IMG/VR virus record: IMGVR_UViG_3300032048_000004
Location: 1-54,331 of that record
DNA length: 54,331 bases
Strand: one strand, 5' to 3'
From: a virus
Lineage: Duplodnaviria; Caudoviricetes
Position numbers and translations under genes: made by a program. This document shows, in pieces, positions 37,437-46,425 of the stretch. Positions within the stretch are counted from its first letter, which is position 1. Each line of letters begins with the position of its first letter. The notes under the pieces were generated by a model. That model saw nothing but the letters and a program-made list of their open reading frames with translations, had not been told where the DNA came from and made no database searches.

Positions 37437-38582
37437 TTATTTAATCCCAGCTAGGTGCTTCCAACGATTCATCTCGTTGTTTGCCTCTGCTGGCTTTTCA
37501 CGCCTTGGCATAAAAGCTGGGGATCGTTTTGAAATTGCTTCGCTCAGTGATTTCGGGTTCCGCTTGGTGCGAGAACTCTCCACTGCGCTTTGAAGGGTTT
37601 CATAAATAACCTTTGCTTCTTCAACCGTATTGGCATTAGAAATAGCTTCGGCAATCTTTTCGATTTGCCGCTCATTCAAGGAGCCACTATTTAAAATCTT
37701 ATTCGTATATACTAATTTTGCATTTGAGAGGTTGGTTTTCTCAACCTCTTCTTTGAGATGGTTAATGACTTTAATGTATTTTGATTGATCATTAGTCATT
37801 TTATCAACACTCTCTTTTAATTCTTCAATGGTTTTCTTAAGTGCATCAGCTTCTTCTGCTCGCTCATCATCTCGTTGAGATGCGAGAATAGCGTCACGCT
37901 CTGCTTCCATTTCTGCATTGTTGGTGATTCCACGACCACCGATCGTTCCATTTGGTTGAGGATCATAATCAACAGTGAGTGCTTCCTCAACAGTTTCTTC
38001 TTCTTCCTCTTCGATAACCTCTTCAGCGTCTGGCTCTTCAGAAATTACTTCTTCTTCAGAATCTTCTTCTGAGAGAACTTCATCAATCAAGTCTCCAATG
38101 ATTGATTCAACTTCACCAAGATTATATTCTTCTTCTTCGTCCTCTTTGACCTCTGCAAAGATTTCTTCTTCGTCTTCAGGGGCGCCAAGTGATTGCAGAT
38201 CATCAAGTGATCCAACAGTGTCGTCTTCCATCGCTTCTTCTTCTGCGTCAACAGCAGCAGCGAGTTGATCAAAGTCAATCACAATCTCTTCTTCGTCTTC
38301 TGGACAAGGGCAAAGATTCTCACCATCTGAGACAGCGGTTGGTGCCTCGATGGAATCAGCGGCTGCGGCAGCAGGATCTGCGTCCATTCCCACGTCCATT
38401 CCAAGATCCATTCCAAGATCCTCTTCGGCCTCGGTGATTTCTTCTTCCTGCTCCAGCAGTGAATCGACTGCATCTCGAATACTATCTGCGTATTTCTCGA
38501 TCAGTGCTGATTCAGCGTTTTTAATTGCTGCTTCCTTAAGTGCTTTTGCATCTACTATAGCTTGCTCTAACATTGTTGACAT
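37437..38582 (-). CDS. prohead core scaffold protein (gp22-like)
   Basis: Very acidic coiled-coil protein directly upstream of MCP, ending RWKHLAGIK. Confidence 0.75.
   Translation of the reverse strand: MSTMLEQAIVDAKALKEAAIKNAESALIEKYADSIRDAVDSLLEQEEEITEAEEDLGMDLGMDVGMDADPAAAAADSIEAPTAVSDGENLCPCPEDEEEIVIDFDQLAAAVDAEEEAMEDDTVGSLDDLQSLGAPEDEEEIFAEVKEDEEEEYNLGEVESIIGDLIDEVLSEEDSEEEVISEEPDAEEVIEEEEEETVEEALTVDYDPQPNGTIGGRGITNNAEMEAERDAILASQRDDERAEEADALKKTIEELKESVDKMTNDQSKYIKVINHLKEEVEKTNLSNAKLVYTNKILNSGSLNERQIEKIAEAISNANTVEEAKVIYETLQSAVESSRTKRNPKSLSEAISKRSPAFMPRREKPAEANNEMNRWKHLAGIK
38383..38421. repeat. in-frame 12-bp tandem repeat (about 3 units, encoding DLGM/DVGM)
   Basis: TCCATTCCCACG TCCATTCCAAGA TCCATTCCAAGA TCC. 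Confidence 0.7.
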
Positions 38583-38619
38583 TTGTTTTCTCCTACCGCA
38601 ATAAAGTCTTTTGCAATAA

Positions 38620-38627
38620 TAAGTAGT
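38620..38627 (-). promoter_or_regulatory. putative late promoter motif ACTACTTA
   Basis: Upstream of scaffold-MCP. Confidence 0.55.
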
Positions 38628-38686
38628 TGTCTGGTGTTTGAAAATACCATTTAACAGCCATTATTTCGCAAAGGGATTGCTATGTT

Positions 38687-39727
38687 TTACTCTAATCCGT
38701 TCAACGCCATGATTGCAATCAATCCTGGCAACGATTCTCTAATATACACACCCGAAAAGAGTGTCTCTGTTCGTCCACCGACATAAGAGATAGCTGCATC
38801 CAAGTGCTTGCCGACCTCTGGGTCGTCTGCCATCTCTGGGGTTATAATCAACAGCATAACACCCGTTTTGGGGCGTCCAACTGGATCTGGACAGGGTGAT
38901 CGCTTCAAACAGTTGTGAAAGATCTCTGCGCCCATGTTTGCAGAAGCTTCCTTCACCATTGTTGAACCAACGAACATCCTTTTATTCGTTTTTAGGCATC
39001 TTTCAAGATCTTTCGAGTCAAAAGACTGAATTGGTGACTTTTCTCCGGCCAATTTAAGAATCTGAAGGAATAGTTTTCCAAATGTCTTGTTGGCTGTCGG
39101 GAACATGCCAAGCATACCGACTTTTCCCCTCAAAAGCTGAACTTGCTTCTCATTATCGAGGATAACGTGAGGTTTGTCTTTCAAATCCTTGGCAAGTGCT
39201 GCTGAGTTTTCTTTAATTGTTGGGTTTAGTTTTTCTTGGGCGGTTGGTTGGGTGATGACATAAAGAACTTTGCCTTCTGCCGACACTGACGCCAAATATC
39301 GCTCAAATACGGGATCAAGAGCGGCTGTTGATGAACCAGTTCCGCCTCCGCCACCTGCACAGACGACGAGCCAGTCAACCTTTCCGAACTTTGTTCGCAA
39401 AGCGTCTTCGACGACGACTCCGTTCTCTCTAAAGACCTTCTTGCCGATGGCTGTATCCTTTGCGGCACCATCTGATCCTGGAACGTGGACGAAGTGTTCT
39501 TCGGGGACGCCCATGGGTTGGTCTTTTTCCGTTGTATTGATTAAAAGGGTCTTGTTGAATCCCAAATCAAGGAATGACTTGGCAATTTTACCACCACCAC
39601 CTCCAACACCGACGATACCGATGTTAATTGCGGCACCTGCTTCGTTGTCAGGCAGTTGGTCTTCATTCTTTACTTCTTCTGATTCGCCATACTGCTCAAT
39701 AAAATCAAAGTCTTCAAAATCGCTCAT
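38687..39727 (-). CDS. tubulin/FtsZ-family GTPase (PhuZ/TubZ/CetZ-like)
   Basis: VGVGGGGGKIA (T1), INTT (T2), GSDGAAKD (T3), AGGGGGTGS (T4), QP..QE (T5), LDNE (T6), SFDSKD (T7). Confidence 0.9.
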   Translation of the reverse strand: MSDFEDFDFIEQYGESEEVKNEDQLPDNEAGAAINIGIVGVGGGGGKIAKSFLDLGFNKTLLINTTEKDQPMGVPEEHFVHVPGSDGAAKDTAIGKKVFRENGVVVEDALRTKFGKVDWLVVCAGGGGGTGSSTAALDPVFERYLASVSAEGKVLYVITQPTAQEKLNPTIKENSAALAKDLKDKPHVILDNEKQVQLLRGKVGMLGMFPTANKTFGKLFLQILKLAGEKSPIQSFDSKDLERCLKTNKRMFVGSTMVKEASANMGAEIFHNCLKRSPCPDPVGRPKTGVMLLIITPEMADDPEVGKHLDAAISYVGGRTETLFSGVYIRESLPGLIAIMALNGLE

Positions 39728-39788
39728 ATCACATAGCTCCCTATTTTAATTTAATTAGCTTGTGGATGGGTTTTTTGACTAAAATTGG

Positions 39789-40004
39789 CTATTTTCGCCG
39801 TCGATTGCGACGTTTTTCCGCTTTGCGTCGATCACGCTGGCGTTGTTGTTCTGCTTTTTTTCTTTTGAGTCTTTTTTTAATAGAAGGCTTTACATAATAC
39901 TGTTTGTCTCGGTGATCTTCTAGGATACCGGAGATTTTAACTTTTTTTATAAATCTTCTGATTAGCTTTTCGATGTACTCATCTTTTCTGCTATCAACTT
40001 GCAC
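39789..40004 (-). CDS. rpsU: ribosomal protein bS21
   Basis: EKLIRRFIKKVKISGIL...RDKQYYVKPS.KKR.KRKKA; 71 aa, highly basic. Confidence 0.85.
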   Translation of the reverse strand: MQVDSRKDEYIEKLIRRFIKKVKISGILEDHRDKQYYVKPSIKKRLKRKKAEQQRQRDRRKAEKRRNRRRK

Positions 40005-40433
40005 TTATTGTCTACCTTTCTTATCAGTTCCTGCTAACTGTTTCCAAGCGGCTGTTCTTCCGCCAGTGAAGTTTGAAATATCAACACCAGCATCTCTTGG
40101 ATCTCGTCCAGAAAGTGGGCTTTGGCCATTGCTTTCTGCGGGTGCTGGGGTTGTGCCTTCGAAGATATCAACTCCGCCATAAGCATCACTTCCGATTGAG
40201 TCAAGCAATGCTTTTCTCTTTCTCTTTGATTCCTCTAGGGCTTGTTGGTGTCTTTCTTCCTCTTGCCTCTCTTGTTCCTCTGAAACAATTTGGGCAGTTG
40301 GAGCAGCGGTTGATAAACCGTTTGCAACTTCTGATACAATACTTGATATGATGCCATTCTCTTCCAATATGACTTCACGGATGCACTCTCGGATGAGAGG
40401 CTTTAAGATTTTCTTTAGTTCTGATTTTTTCAT
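40005..40433 (-). CDS. hypothetical protein (head module)
   Basis: Translationally coupled between protease and bS21. Confidence 0.7.
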   Translation of the reverse strand: MKKSELKKILKPLIRECIREVILEENGIISSIVSEVANGLSTAAPTAQIVSEEQERQEEERHQQALEESKRKRKALLDSIGSDAYGGVDIFEGTTPAPAESNGQSPLSGRDPRDAGVDISNFTGGRTAAWKQLAGTDKKGRQ

Positions 40434-41038
40434 TCTTCGCTCACAATTGAATTTAAAATACGGTTAATTCTATCTGCTTTTGTAAACATCTTCTTTTCCA
40501 TGCTCTCATTGACACTCATATATGCCTCTGGTGTTGATGGCTCTGAAACAAAGTCGAAGCAGATTAGTTGGAAGTCGTCTTCGACAACCGTTGCTCCGTT
40601 GTTATCTTCATGAACCGATCCCAAACCTCGTGATGAGATTCCAAGCTTGACGCCAGATTCAACAAGTGATTTAAGGATTTGTCCTGAAGGGGTGTTGAGG
40701 ACTTTAACTTTGCCCATAACATTTTTTCCATCCCACCATACGGAAGTTACCATATGGGATGCGTTTCTGAGGTTTACAACTGAATCTTCTGGGTGATCTA
40801 ATTCTCCCAGTGCTCTGCGTTCATTAATGATCTTGGTATAGTTTTTCATTTCTCTCTCCAAAACCTTGTGAGGGTAGACCCTTCCATTTCCATTGAGTTT
40901 GTCAGCGCATTGCATAATGCCAGTTAAGTACAGAGTGCCGTTGGCGACTTCTTGCTTCTCATGTTCAGTGAGCAGATCTTGGCAAACACCGCCTTCACAC
41001 AGTTCATAATATTCTCTTAAGAGAACTTTTTTAGACAT
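40430..41038 (-). CDS. prohead protease (T4 gp21-like)
   Basis: NGNGRVYP, ALGELDHP, TPSGQIL, GISSRGLGS and DFVSEPST motifs. Confidence 0.93.
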   Translation of the reverse strand: MSKKVLLREYYELCEGGVCQDLLTEHEKQEVANGTLYLTGIMQCADKLNGNGRVYPHKVLEREMKNYTKIINERRALGELDHPEDSVVNLRNASHMVTSVWWDGKNVMGKVKVLNTPSGQILKSLVESGVKLGISSRGLGSVHEDNNGATVVEDDFQLICFDFVSEPSTPEAYMSVNESMEKKMFTKADRINRILNSIVSEE

Positions 41039-41084
41039 TTTACATTCCTCGTTTTCCCCCTACATCCTCAGATGCAGGGCATAG

Positions 41085-41150
41085 CTAAGATCCTTTGCAG
41101 CAACGCCTGACGGGTTGCAGGGCAAACTTTCTAGTCCAAAAATTATTCAT
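41085..41150 (-). CDS. putative 21-aa micro-protein MNNFWTRKFALQPVRRCCKGS
   Basis: ATG 1 nt after the upstream stop with a GGAG SD; fills the intergenic gap; followed by a hairpin. Confidence 0.4.
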   Translation of the reverse strand: MNNFWTRKFALQPVRRCCKGS

Positions 41151-41151
41151 A

Positions 41152-41475
41152 TCAACTCTCCGTTCCTGATTGGGTATGCTCTATCTTGAATCCATTGTCT
41201 CCAAGTACAGCGTCAAAGGCATAAGAAAAAGTAGATCCTATACCACCACACAGAAGATAATTTGCAACTGTATGTTCAAAACTAAATAGTTCCGTATAAT
41301 CGTTTATGCCACATAAAAAGGCACCGACCCAAAAGCCAGTGCAGAGTGTACAGGAGAACAATTTTCCAAACCATCCCGCTGTAGGTCGAATTTTATTAAA
41401 TATCTTACCGTAGACGATAATAAAGGTTATGCCAGATGAGGCGGTTCCGAAAGTCAGCAACTCACTGAGTGTCAT
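41152..41475 (-). CDS. small membrane protein with CxxC (DUF1360-like)
   Basis: LFSCTLCTGFWVG plus hydrophobic segments. Confidence 0.55.
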   Translation of the reverse strand: MTLSELLTFGTASSGITFIIVYGKIFNKIRPTAGWFGKLFSCTLCTGFWVGAFLCGINDYTELFSFEHTVANYLLCGGIGSTFSYAFDAVLGDNGFKIEHTQSGTES

Positions 41476-42068
41476 TCGTTCTCCATTGATTCAAACATGC
41501 CAATTGTAGATCTGTTGCCGCCATACAAACCGCCGATGGGGTCTTTGGGAATAACGCCTTTGTTTGCACTATGCTCAACGTCACCAAGACTTGTAGTATT
41601 CTCTGGTTCTGTTACCCGATCGGTTTCCTCATCGGCCATTCTGGAACTATACATGAAATAAGGTCTTTCCTCGTTCATAAACTTTCCAATGCCGAATGTA
41701 ATCGTTTGTACTGGATCTGCTCCGTTGAATGTCTCAGCAATATATCGCCCCTCCATGGAGCCGTATACATTGCCGCTTCGCACAGATGTTATATCAATAA
41801 GACCCTTCTTTCCAAGATATTTAAAAAACCTATCTTGAGAGTCATATACATCTTCAGTGAGATGATCTTTTGCCACGACCAATACCTTGCTGCTACCTGG
41901 CATTATGATAACATCAATATCAATATGATCAGTGATCATAAGATTGCCATCCATCGATTTTCTAATTTTTAATTCAAGCGAGGCTTGTGGTTTGGGTTCC
42001 TCGACGACCTCTTCTTCGGCATTTGCTGCTGCAATAGCCTCTTCACCAACTGCTATTGAAATAGGCAT
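41472..42068 (-). CDS. hypothetical protein
   Basis: Coupled ORF in the head module. Confidence 0.7.
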   Translation of the reverse strand: MPISIAVGEEAIAAANAEEEVVEEPKPQASLELKIRKSMDGNLMITDHIDIDVIIMPGSSKVLVVAKDHLTEDVYDSQDRFFKYLGKKGLIDITSVRSGNVYGSMEGRYIAETFNGADPVQTITFGIGKFMNEERPYFMYSSRMADEETDRVTEPENTTSLGDVEHSANKGVIPKDPIGGLYGGNRSTIGMFESMENE

Positions 42069-42907
42069 TAGGAGTTGACCTCCCGAACCAAATCTTGAAT
42101 CTTAAGGATTTTTCGAATTTGTTCTTCATCGACCACCTCTTGAGCAAACGACTCAAGCATTTCAACAACCTTGTCTGTGCTCTGGATCATGTTATCGTCA
42201 GAGTTGATTTCTTCAGCTTCCTTGGAGGCTGAAACTTCCTCTTTTAATCTTCCGATTTCTTCATTAAGATAGGTTTTCAATTCAAGTCCGTTGTCAACAA
42301 AAGATAGAATATATTTACTCAAGAGGTCTTTTTGTTCTTCGTGCAGTTCATCGCTATAAGATTCATTAAACTTGTTGGTAAAGGTCTTATAGGTCAGGTT
42401 GCTAATGTGGTGCATCTGATCAGGTCGCTCATTGTCTTTGATCATGTTACAGATAATTTTGTTTTCGAGGAGGACACGATCCTTCATCCTAATTCCGTCG
42501 CTAAATATTTGTGATAGTGTTGCGAGGTTTTTATAGTTGGGAACAAAGTTCGCATAGGTTGAATCACCGACTTCCTTATTGATATCATCAACAAGTGCAG
42601 ACTGGGCTGAGAAGATATCATCATTAGACAGGGTGGAATACATCCTCTTTGCCTCCAATAATATTCTTTCAGCAGTGATTCTATCTGTATCTCTAGCTTC
42701 ATTAACAGATCTATAAAGATCTAATTCTTGAAACAATATACCACTCTTTTTGAAATGCTTTTTAAGAACTTTTGAGATAGCAACTCTCTGATCAGTATCG
42801 CTGGCGATGGATGCTTTTGTTAGCTCCTTCACCAGTGCTTCAAACAAGAAGGCGGTGTTCCGCTTCTTATTGTGTTTGAGCTTTTTACTCTTTTTCTGAT
42901 TGGCCAT
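42068..42907 (-). CDS. hypothetical head-module protein
   Basis: Likely start MANQKK at 42907 (GGAG SD); KHNKKRNTAFLFEAL. Confidence 0.7.
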   Translation of the reverse strand: MANQKKSKKLKHNKKRNTAFLFEALVKELTKASIASDTDQRVAISKVLKKHFKKSGILFQELDLYRSVNEARDTDRITAERILLEAKRMYSTLSNDDIFSAQSALVDDINKEVGDSTYANFVPNYKNLATLSQIFSDGIRMKDRVLLENKIICNMIKDNERPDQMHHISNLTYKTFTNKFNESYSDELHEEQKDLLSKYILSFVDNGLELKTYLNEEIGRLKEEVSASKEAEEINSDDNMIQSTDKVVEMLESFAQEVVDEEQIRKILKIQDLVREVNS

Positions 42908-44822
42908 CGTCTTTTTTCTCCAAGTTTTGAATGAGGTTTTTAATATCTGCCGATACCTCAAAGAGTTTCTTTTCCTCTTTATCATAATTAGTATTAATTT
43001 TAGATTCGGCAATATTAAGACCCGTTAAGCCCATAATATCCTGTGCACCTTTAAAGGTGTTTCTGGTGGTAGAGCTTGCAGTCTCAGCAGACCACTGAGC
43101 TTTGTTGTGCTTTCGTCTTCCACCTGCTGCTCTTTGATCTCCACCACGTTGTGAAACGCCGCCGATATTCTTTGGAACATATTTCTTGCCCTTAGATTTT
43201 GGTGTGGTTGTCTCAATATTTCTATTTGCTGGTGCTGCGAGGAGCGGGCTGTCACCGCCTTCGCCTTCGTCACCAAGATCTAAGTCTCCGCCGAGATCTT
43301 CATCGCCGCCGAGATCCATGTCTCCGCCAAGGTCGTCACCGAAGTCACCACCGAGATCTCCTCCACCTTCGCCGCCTTCGGCTGCTCCCTCAAGTTGCTG
43401 GTCAAGCCAAGCATCGTAGAACATTTCTCTCTGATTTTGGATAACTTCTTCATCAGACATTCCAAAGAAGTTCTTGGAAATCCATCGTCGGCTGAAGAAC
43501 TTCTCAGTTGCTCCACTGGCAACATCAAATTTAGTTTTCCAATGCTCAAGTTCTTGAAGCTCTGCAATCTTTGAAGGATTATTCAGAAATAATTTAAAAT
43601 TAATCAAATCTTCGTTTCTATACCCAAGCGTATAAAGATGGACAATACCAATCTTCTCAAGTTCGGAAACAATCGCTCGCTGGAGCCTCTGGATGGTTCG
43701 TGCAAAGCGAATGTCCTTCTGTGCGAGGGTTGCCTTGTCTTCATCTGCACCTTCTGCTCGTGATAGGTAGGACGCTGGGACTTTAAGCGCAGAGAAGAGT
43801 TTATCTCTGAGATATTTAACATCGTCAATATCACCAGTATATTGACCACCTGCGAGGGTTTCAATTCTGGTTGAACCAGAACCACCACGGACAGGAATAA
43901 AATAATCCTCATCAATACTCATTGGATTGTATCTCAAGTCAACACGACCAGTGGTTGGATCGACAACTTGGTTTCGCTTCAGTTGAGTCTTGGCCTTCTC
44001 CATGAATTGCTCAACATCTTGTGGTGCGATCGTTCCAACGTCAAAGTAAAATACTCGGCGCTCTGGTGAACGAACAATACGATACGCCATCATAGCGTCT
44101 TCGAGAAGGGTGAGTTGGCGCCAGATTCTTCGAGCAGGTTCAACAACTGCCGTTCCATATGGGGCAAATTTATCATTGCCAAGGATTCGGAAGTGTGCGA
44201 TTTGCCAATTCTCAAAAGTCATTCCACCAGAGTTCCACTGGTATTGGACATAATTTGCATTAGTTTGGTCTTGACCTTCCATTCTTTCGACCTCAATCGA
44301 GGGTAGACCAATGGCACTGCGGATTCCATGATGGTCGTCGATCTCAAGATATAAAAAGAAATCACCATACTTGCACATAGTTCTCGCCCAACCAAAAAGA
44401 TTGTGATCTACATTGAGGATGTTGTGATAGAGTGCGCTTAGGATATCTTTAATTTCTTGGTTATGGCAGTCAATTGTCATGAGCGGGGTGAGTTTTGTCG
44501 AGGTTGTAATCTCATCTGCATAAATATCCAAAGCAGATGCAATCTCTGGTGTGTACTCCATTTGATCGAAATCCTGATAACGAAGAGTTCTATCTTGCTG
44601 CATAAGTGCATGGGAGTTGAGAGCATCAAAGGGGTTGTAAGCAGTCTTTTTAAAGTTAAGACCTTGTGCTGACTTGAAGTCTCCAGCATACTTATCAAGC
44701 TGTCGTCGTCGGAACCGTCGCTGTGTTTGCGCTCTATAATTAATAATAGGACCAGAAAATAGTCTGGTTAGTTGTCGAAACAATAATGAATCTTGATTTC
44801 TTGGATTTTTGTTATCTGCCAT
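42885..44822 (-). CDS. portal protein (T4 gp20-like)
   Basis: PEIASALDIYADE, LLEDAMMAYRIVRSPERRVFY.DVG, EDYFIPVRG and DDVKYLRDKLFSALKVP motifs. Confidence 0.95.
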   Translation of the reverse strand: MADNKNPRNQDSLLFRQLTRLFSGPIINYRAQTQRRFRRRQLDKYAGDFKSAQGLNFKKTAYNPFDALNSHALMQQDRTLRYQDFDQMEYTPEIASALDIYADEITTSTKLTPLMTIDCHNQEIKDILSALYHNILNVDHNLFGWARTMCKYGDFFLYLEIDDHHGIRSAIGLPSIEVERMEGQDQTNANYVQYQWNSGGMTFENWQIAHFRILGNDKFAPYGTAVVEPARRIWRQLTLLEDAMMAYRIVRSPERRVFYFDVGTIAPQDVEQFMEKAKTQLKRNQVVDPTTGRVDLRYNPMSIDEDYFIPVRGGSGSTRIETLAGGQYTGDIDDVKYLRDKLFSALKVPASYLSRAEGADEDKATLAQKDIRFARTIQRLQRAIVSELEKIGIVHLYTLGYRNEDLINFKLFLNNPSKIAELQELEHWKTKFDVASGATEKFFSRRWISKNFFGMSDEEVIQNQREMFYDAWLDQQLEGAAEGGEGGGDLGGDFGDDLGGDMDLGGDEDLGGDLDLGDEGEGGDSPLLAAPANRNIETTTPKSKGKKYVPKNIGGVSQRGGDQRAAGGRRKHNKAQWSAETASSTTRNTFKGAQDIMGLTGLNIAESKINTNYDKEEKKLFEVSADIKNLIQNLEKKDDGQSEKE

Positions 44823-44825
44823 TTG

Positions 44826-46403
44826 TTATCCCTTACTGACCCATAAAAATGGTTCTAGTTCTTTTATTTGTGCTGCGTACTCTCTCGCCTTGTCGTAACC
44901 AGTTTGGCCTTTTATTTTTGTATCCAGAGTTGTATCGCTTCTGCTAATGCCATTAAGCAAAGCTTCGCTATATTCTGCATCTCTCTTGTTCGCAACCAGC
45001 GCAGTATCACGAACCCAACATCCAATTGCCATTGCCATGGTAAGGTCGTCGTTATAACCTCTCATCGCTTCCGGTCTTCCATTATTCCAAACGAAAGTTT
45101 TCAGTTCACCAGCGAACCTATTTGACATTACTGTAATTAGGTCATTCCTGACGAATTCCTCCAATTTTGCGATAATTAATGGTCTTGTTTTCATAGAAGT
45201 TGTGAATCCAGGTACAACACCTGCTCTGGAACTAACATCATATCCCTCGACATACTCGTTGGTTGACTTGATTGAGTGATATACGTTGGGATATTCCATG
45301 TCCAACAGCTTTGTGAGAACTGAATATCCAATGTTATTATTCTCCACAATGATCATGCAATCACCATAGGATTTCCCTGCGTCGAAGAGCATTGTTGCAA
45401 ACGTATTCAAGTCTGGCTTACCTTGATATTCTGCGACCTGTCTCATATTCGTAACATCGATTATATGATAGACAGAATAGTCTCGTCCGTCGCCTCGTGC
45501 AACGTCTGCCGTGATCAGGTATGAACTCTCTGGTTTAAAGTTTTCCCAAATATATAAGTTTCTATCGAATCCTGCTCGGTGTTCTGGTGGTGTCACGGTA
45601 TTGAAGATCCTTTCAAGATCCTCTCCTGAAATGACTGTTTCACCAGACATGTTAAAGTTACACTCAAGCTCTTGTGCGATCTCACGCCTTGACATGTTTC
45701 TGGTTTCTTTTTCAAACCACGCCATGTCTCTCTCTGGGTGTTGATCCCAAGTGAGTCGAGTTGTTACAAAGTCATTTTGCTCTTCTTCAGCCTCAGTATA
45801 GATTTTGTGAAACCAGTTACCAACACCATTGGGTGTGGAGAGTGCAATGCAATTACCGCCAGTAGAGAGCGTAGGGTATAGGCCCATCCACAGTTCATTC
45901 AACCCTTCAATGTGTGCGGCCTCATCGAGAACGAGCAGTGACAGTGCCTCAGAACGGCCAGCATCGCCGCTGGTTGAAGATGCTTTGATAATGGAGCCAT
46001 TTGAAAGCTCAAAGGATGTTCTGTTGTCTGTGGAGATTCTTGCGATCATCAACCAGTCTGGCAGGTTCTTTAAGATCTGCTTTACTTTTTTGACAAGGTT
46101 GGTTGCGGTGGAAAACTTGGTGGCCATGACAAGAACATTCTTGTCTCTGTGAAAAAGCATGAGCCATACGACATACCCAGCAGTAACAGTTGAAATACCC
46201 AACTGTCTTGCTTTTAAAATAATATTAAATCTTGAATCCTGAAATGACTGGAGGAGGTCATCTTGGAATGGGAAGGTCTTGAAGGGGATCAATCCCTTTT
46301 GTGGGTGGGAAATCTTTGTATAGGTATTTATGAAGTATACCGGATCACGTCCGCACTTCACAATCTCCTTGACAACTTCCTTTTTAGATAATTGGTATGA
46401 CAT
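44826..46403 (-). CDS. terminase large subunit (gp17-like)
   Basis: KARQLGIST, LVLDEAAH, STPNG, ADVARGDGRDYS, ENN and NDDL motifs. Confidence 0.95.
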   Translation of the reverse strand: MSYQLSKKEVVKEIVKCGRDPVYFINTYTKISHPQKGLIPFKTFPFQDDLLQSFQDSRFNIILKARQLGISTVTAGYVVWLMLFHRDKNVLVMATKFSTATNLVKKVKQILKNLPDWLMIARISTDNRTSFELSNGSIIKASSTSGDAGRSEALSLLVLDEAAHIEGLNELWMGLYPTLSTGGNCIALSTPNGVGNWFHKIYTEAEEEQNDFVTTRLTWDQHPERDMAWFEKETRNMSRREIAQELECNFNMSGETVISGEDLERIFNTVTPPEHRAGFDRNLYIWENFKPESSYLITADVARGDGRDYSVYHIIDVTNMRQVAEYQGKPDLNTFATMLFDAGKSYGDCMIIVENNNIGYSVLTKLLDMEYPNVYHSIKSTNEYVEGYDVSSRAGVVPGFTTSMKTRPLIIAKLEEFVRNDLITVMSNRFAGELKTFVWNNGRPEAMRGYNDDLTMAMAIGCWVRDTALVANKRDAEYSEALLNGISRSDTTLDTKIKGQTGYDKAREYAAQIKELEPFLWVSKG

Positions 46404-46425
46404 ACACCCTGCTCTTTAAAGCGGT

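Noticed and set aside
38687-39727. Evidence for a nucleus-forming jumbo phage
   Set aside because: Virion genes are T4-like, and no chimallin or multisubunit RNA polymerase is recognisable in this window
42908-43012. N-terminal extension of the 314-aa ORF
   Set aside because: It overlaps the portal gene by over 100 nt; the ATG at 42907 has a better SD
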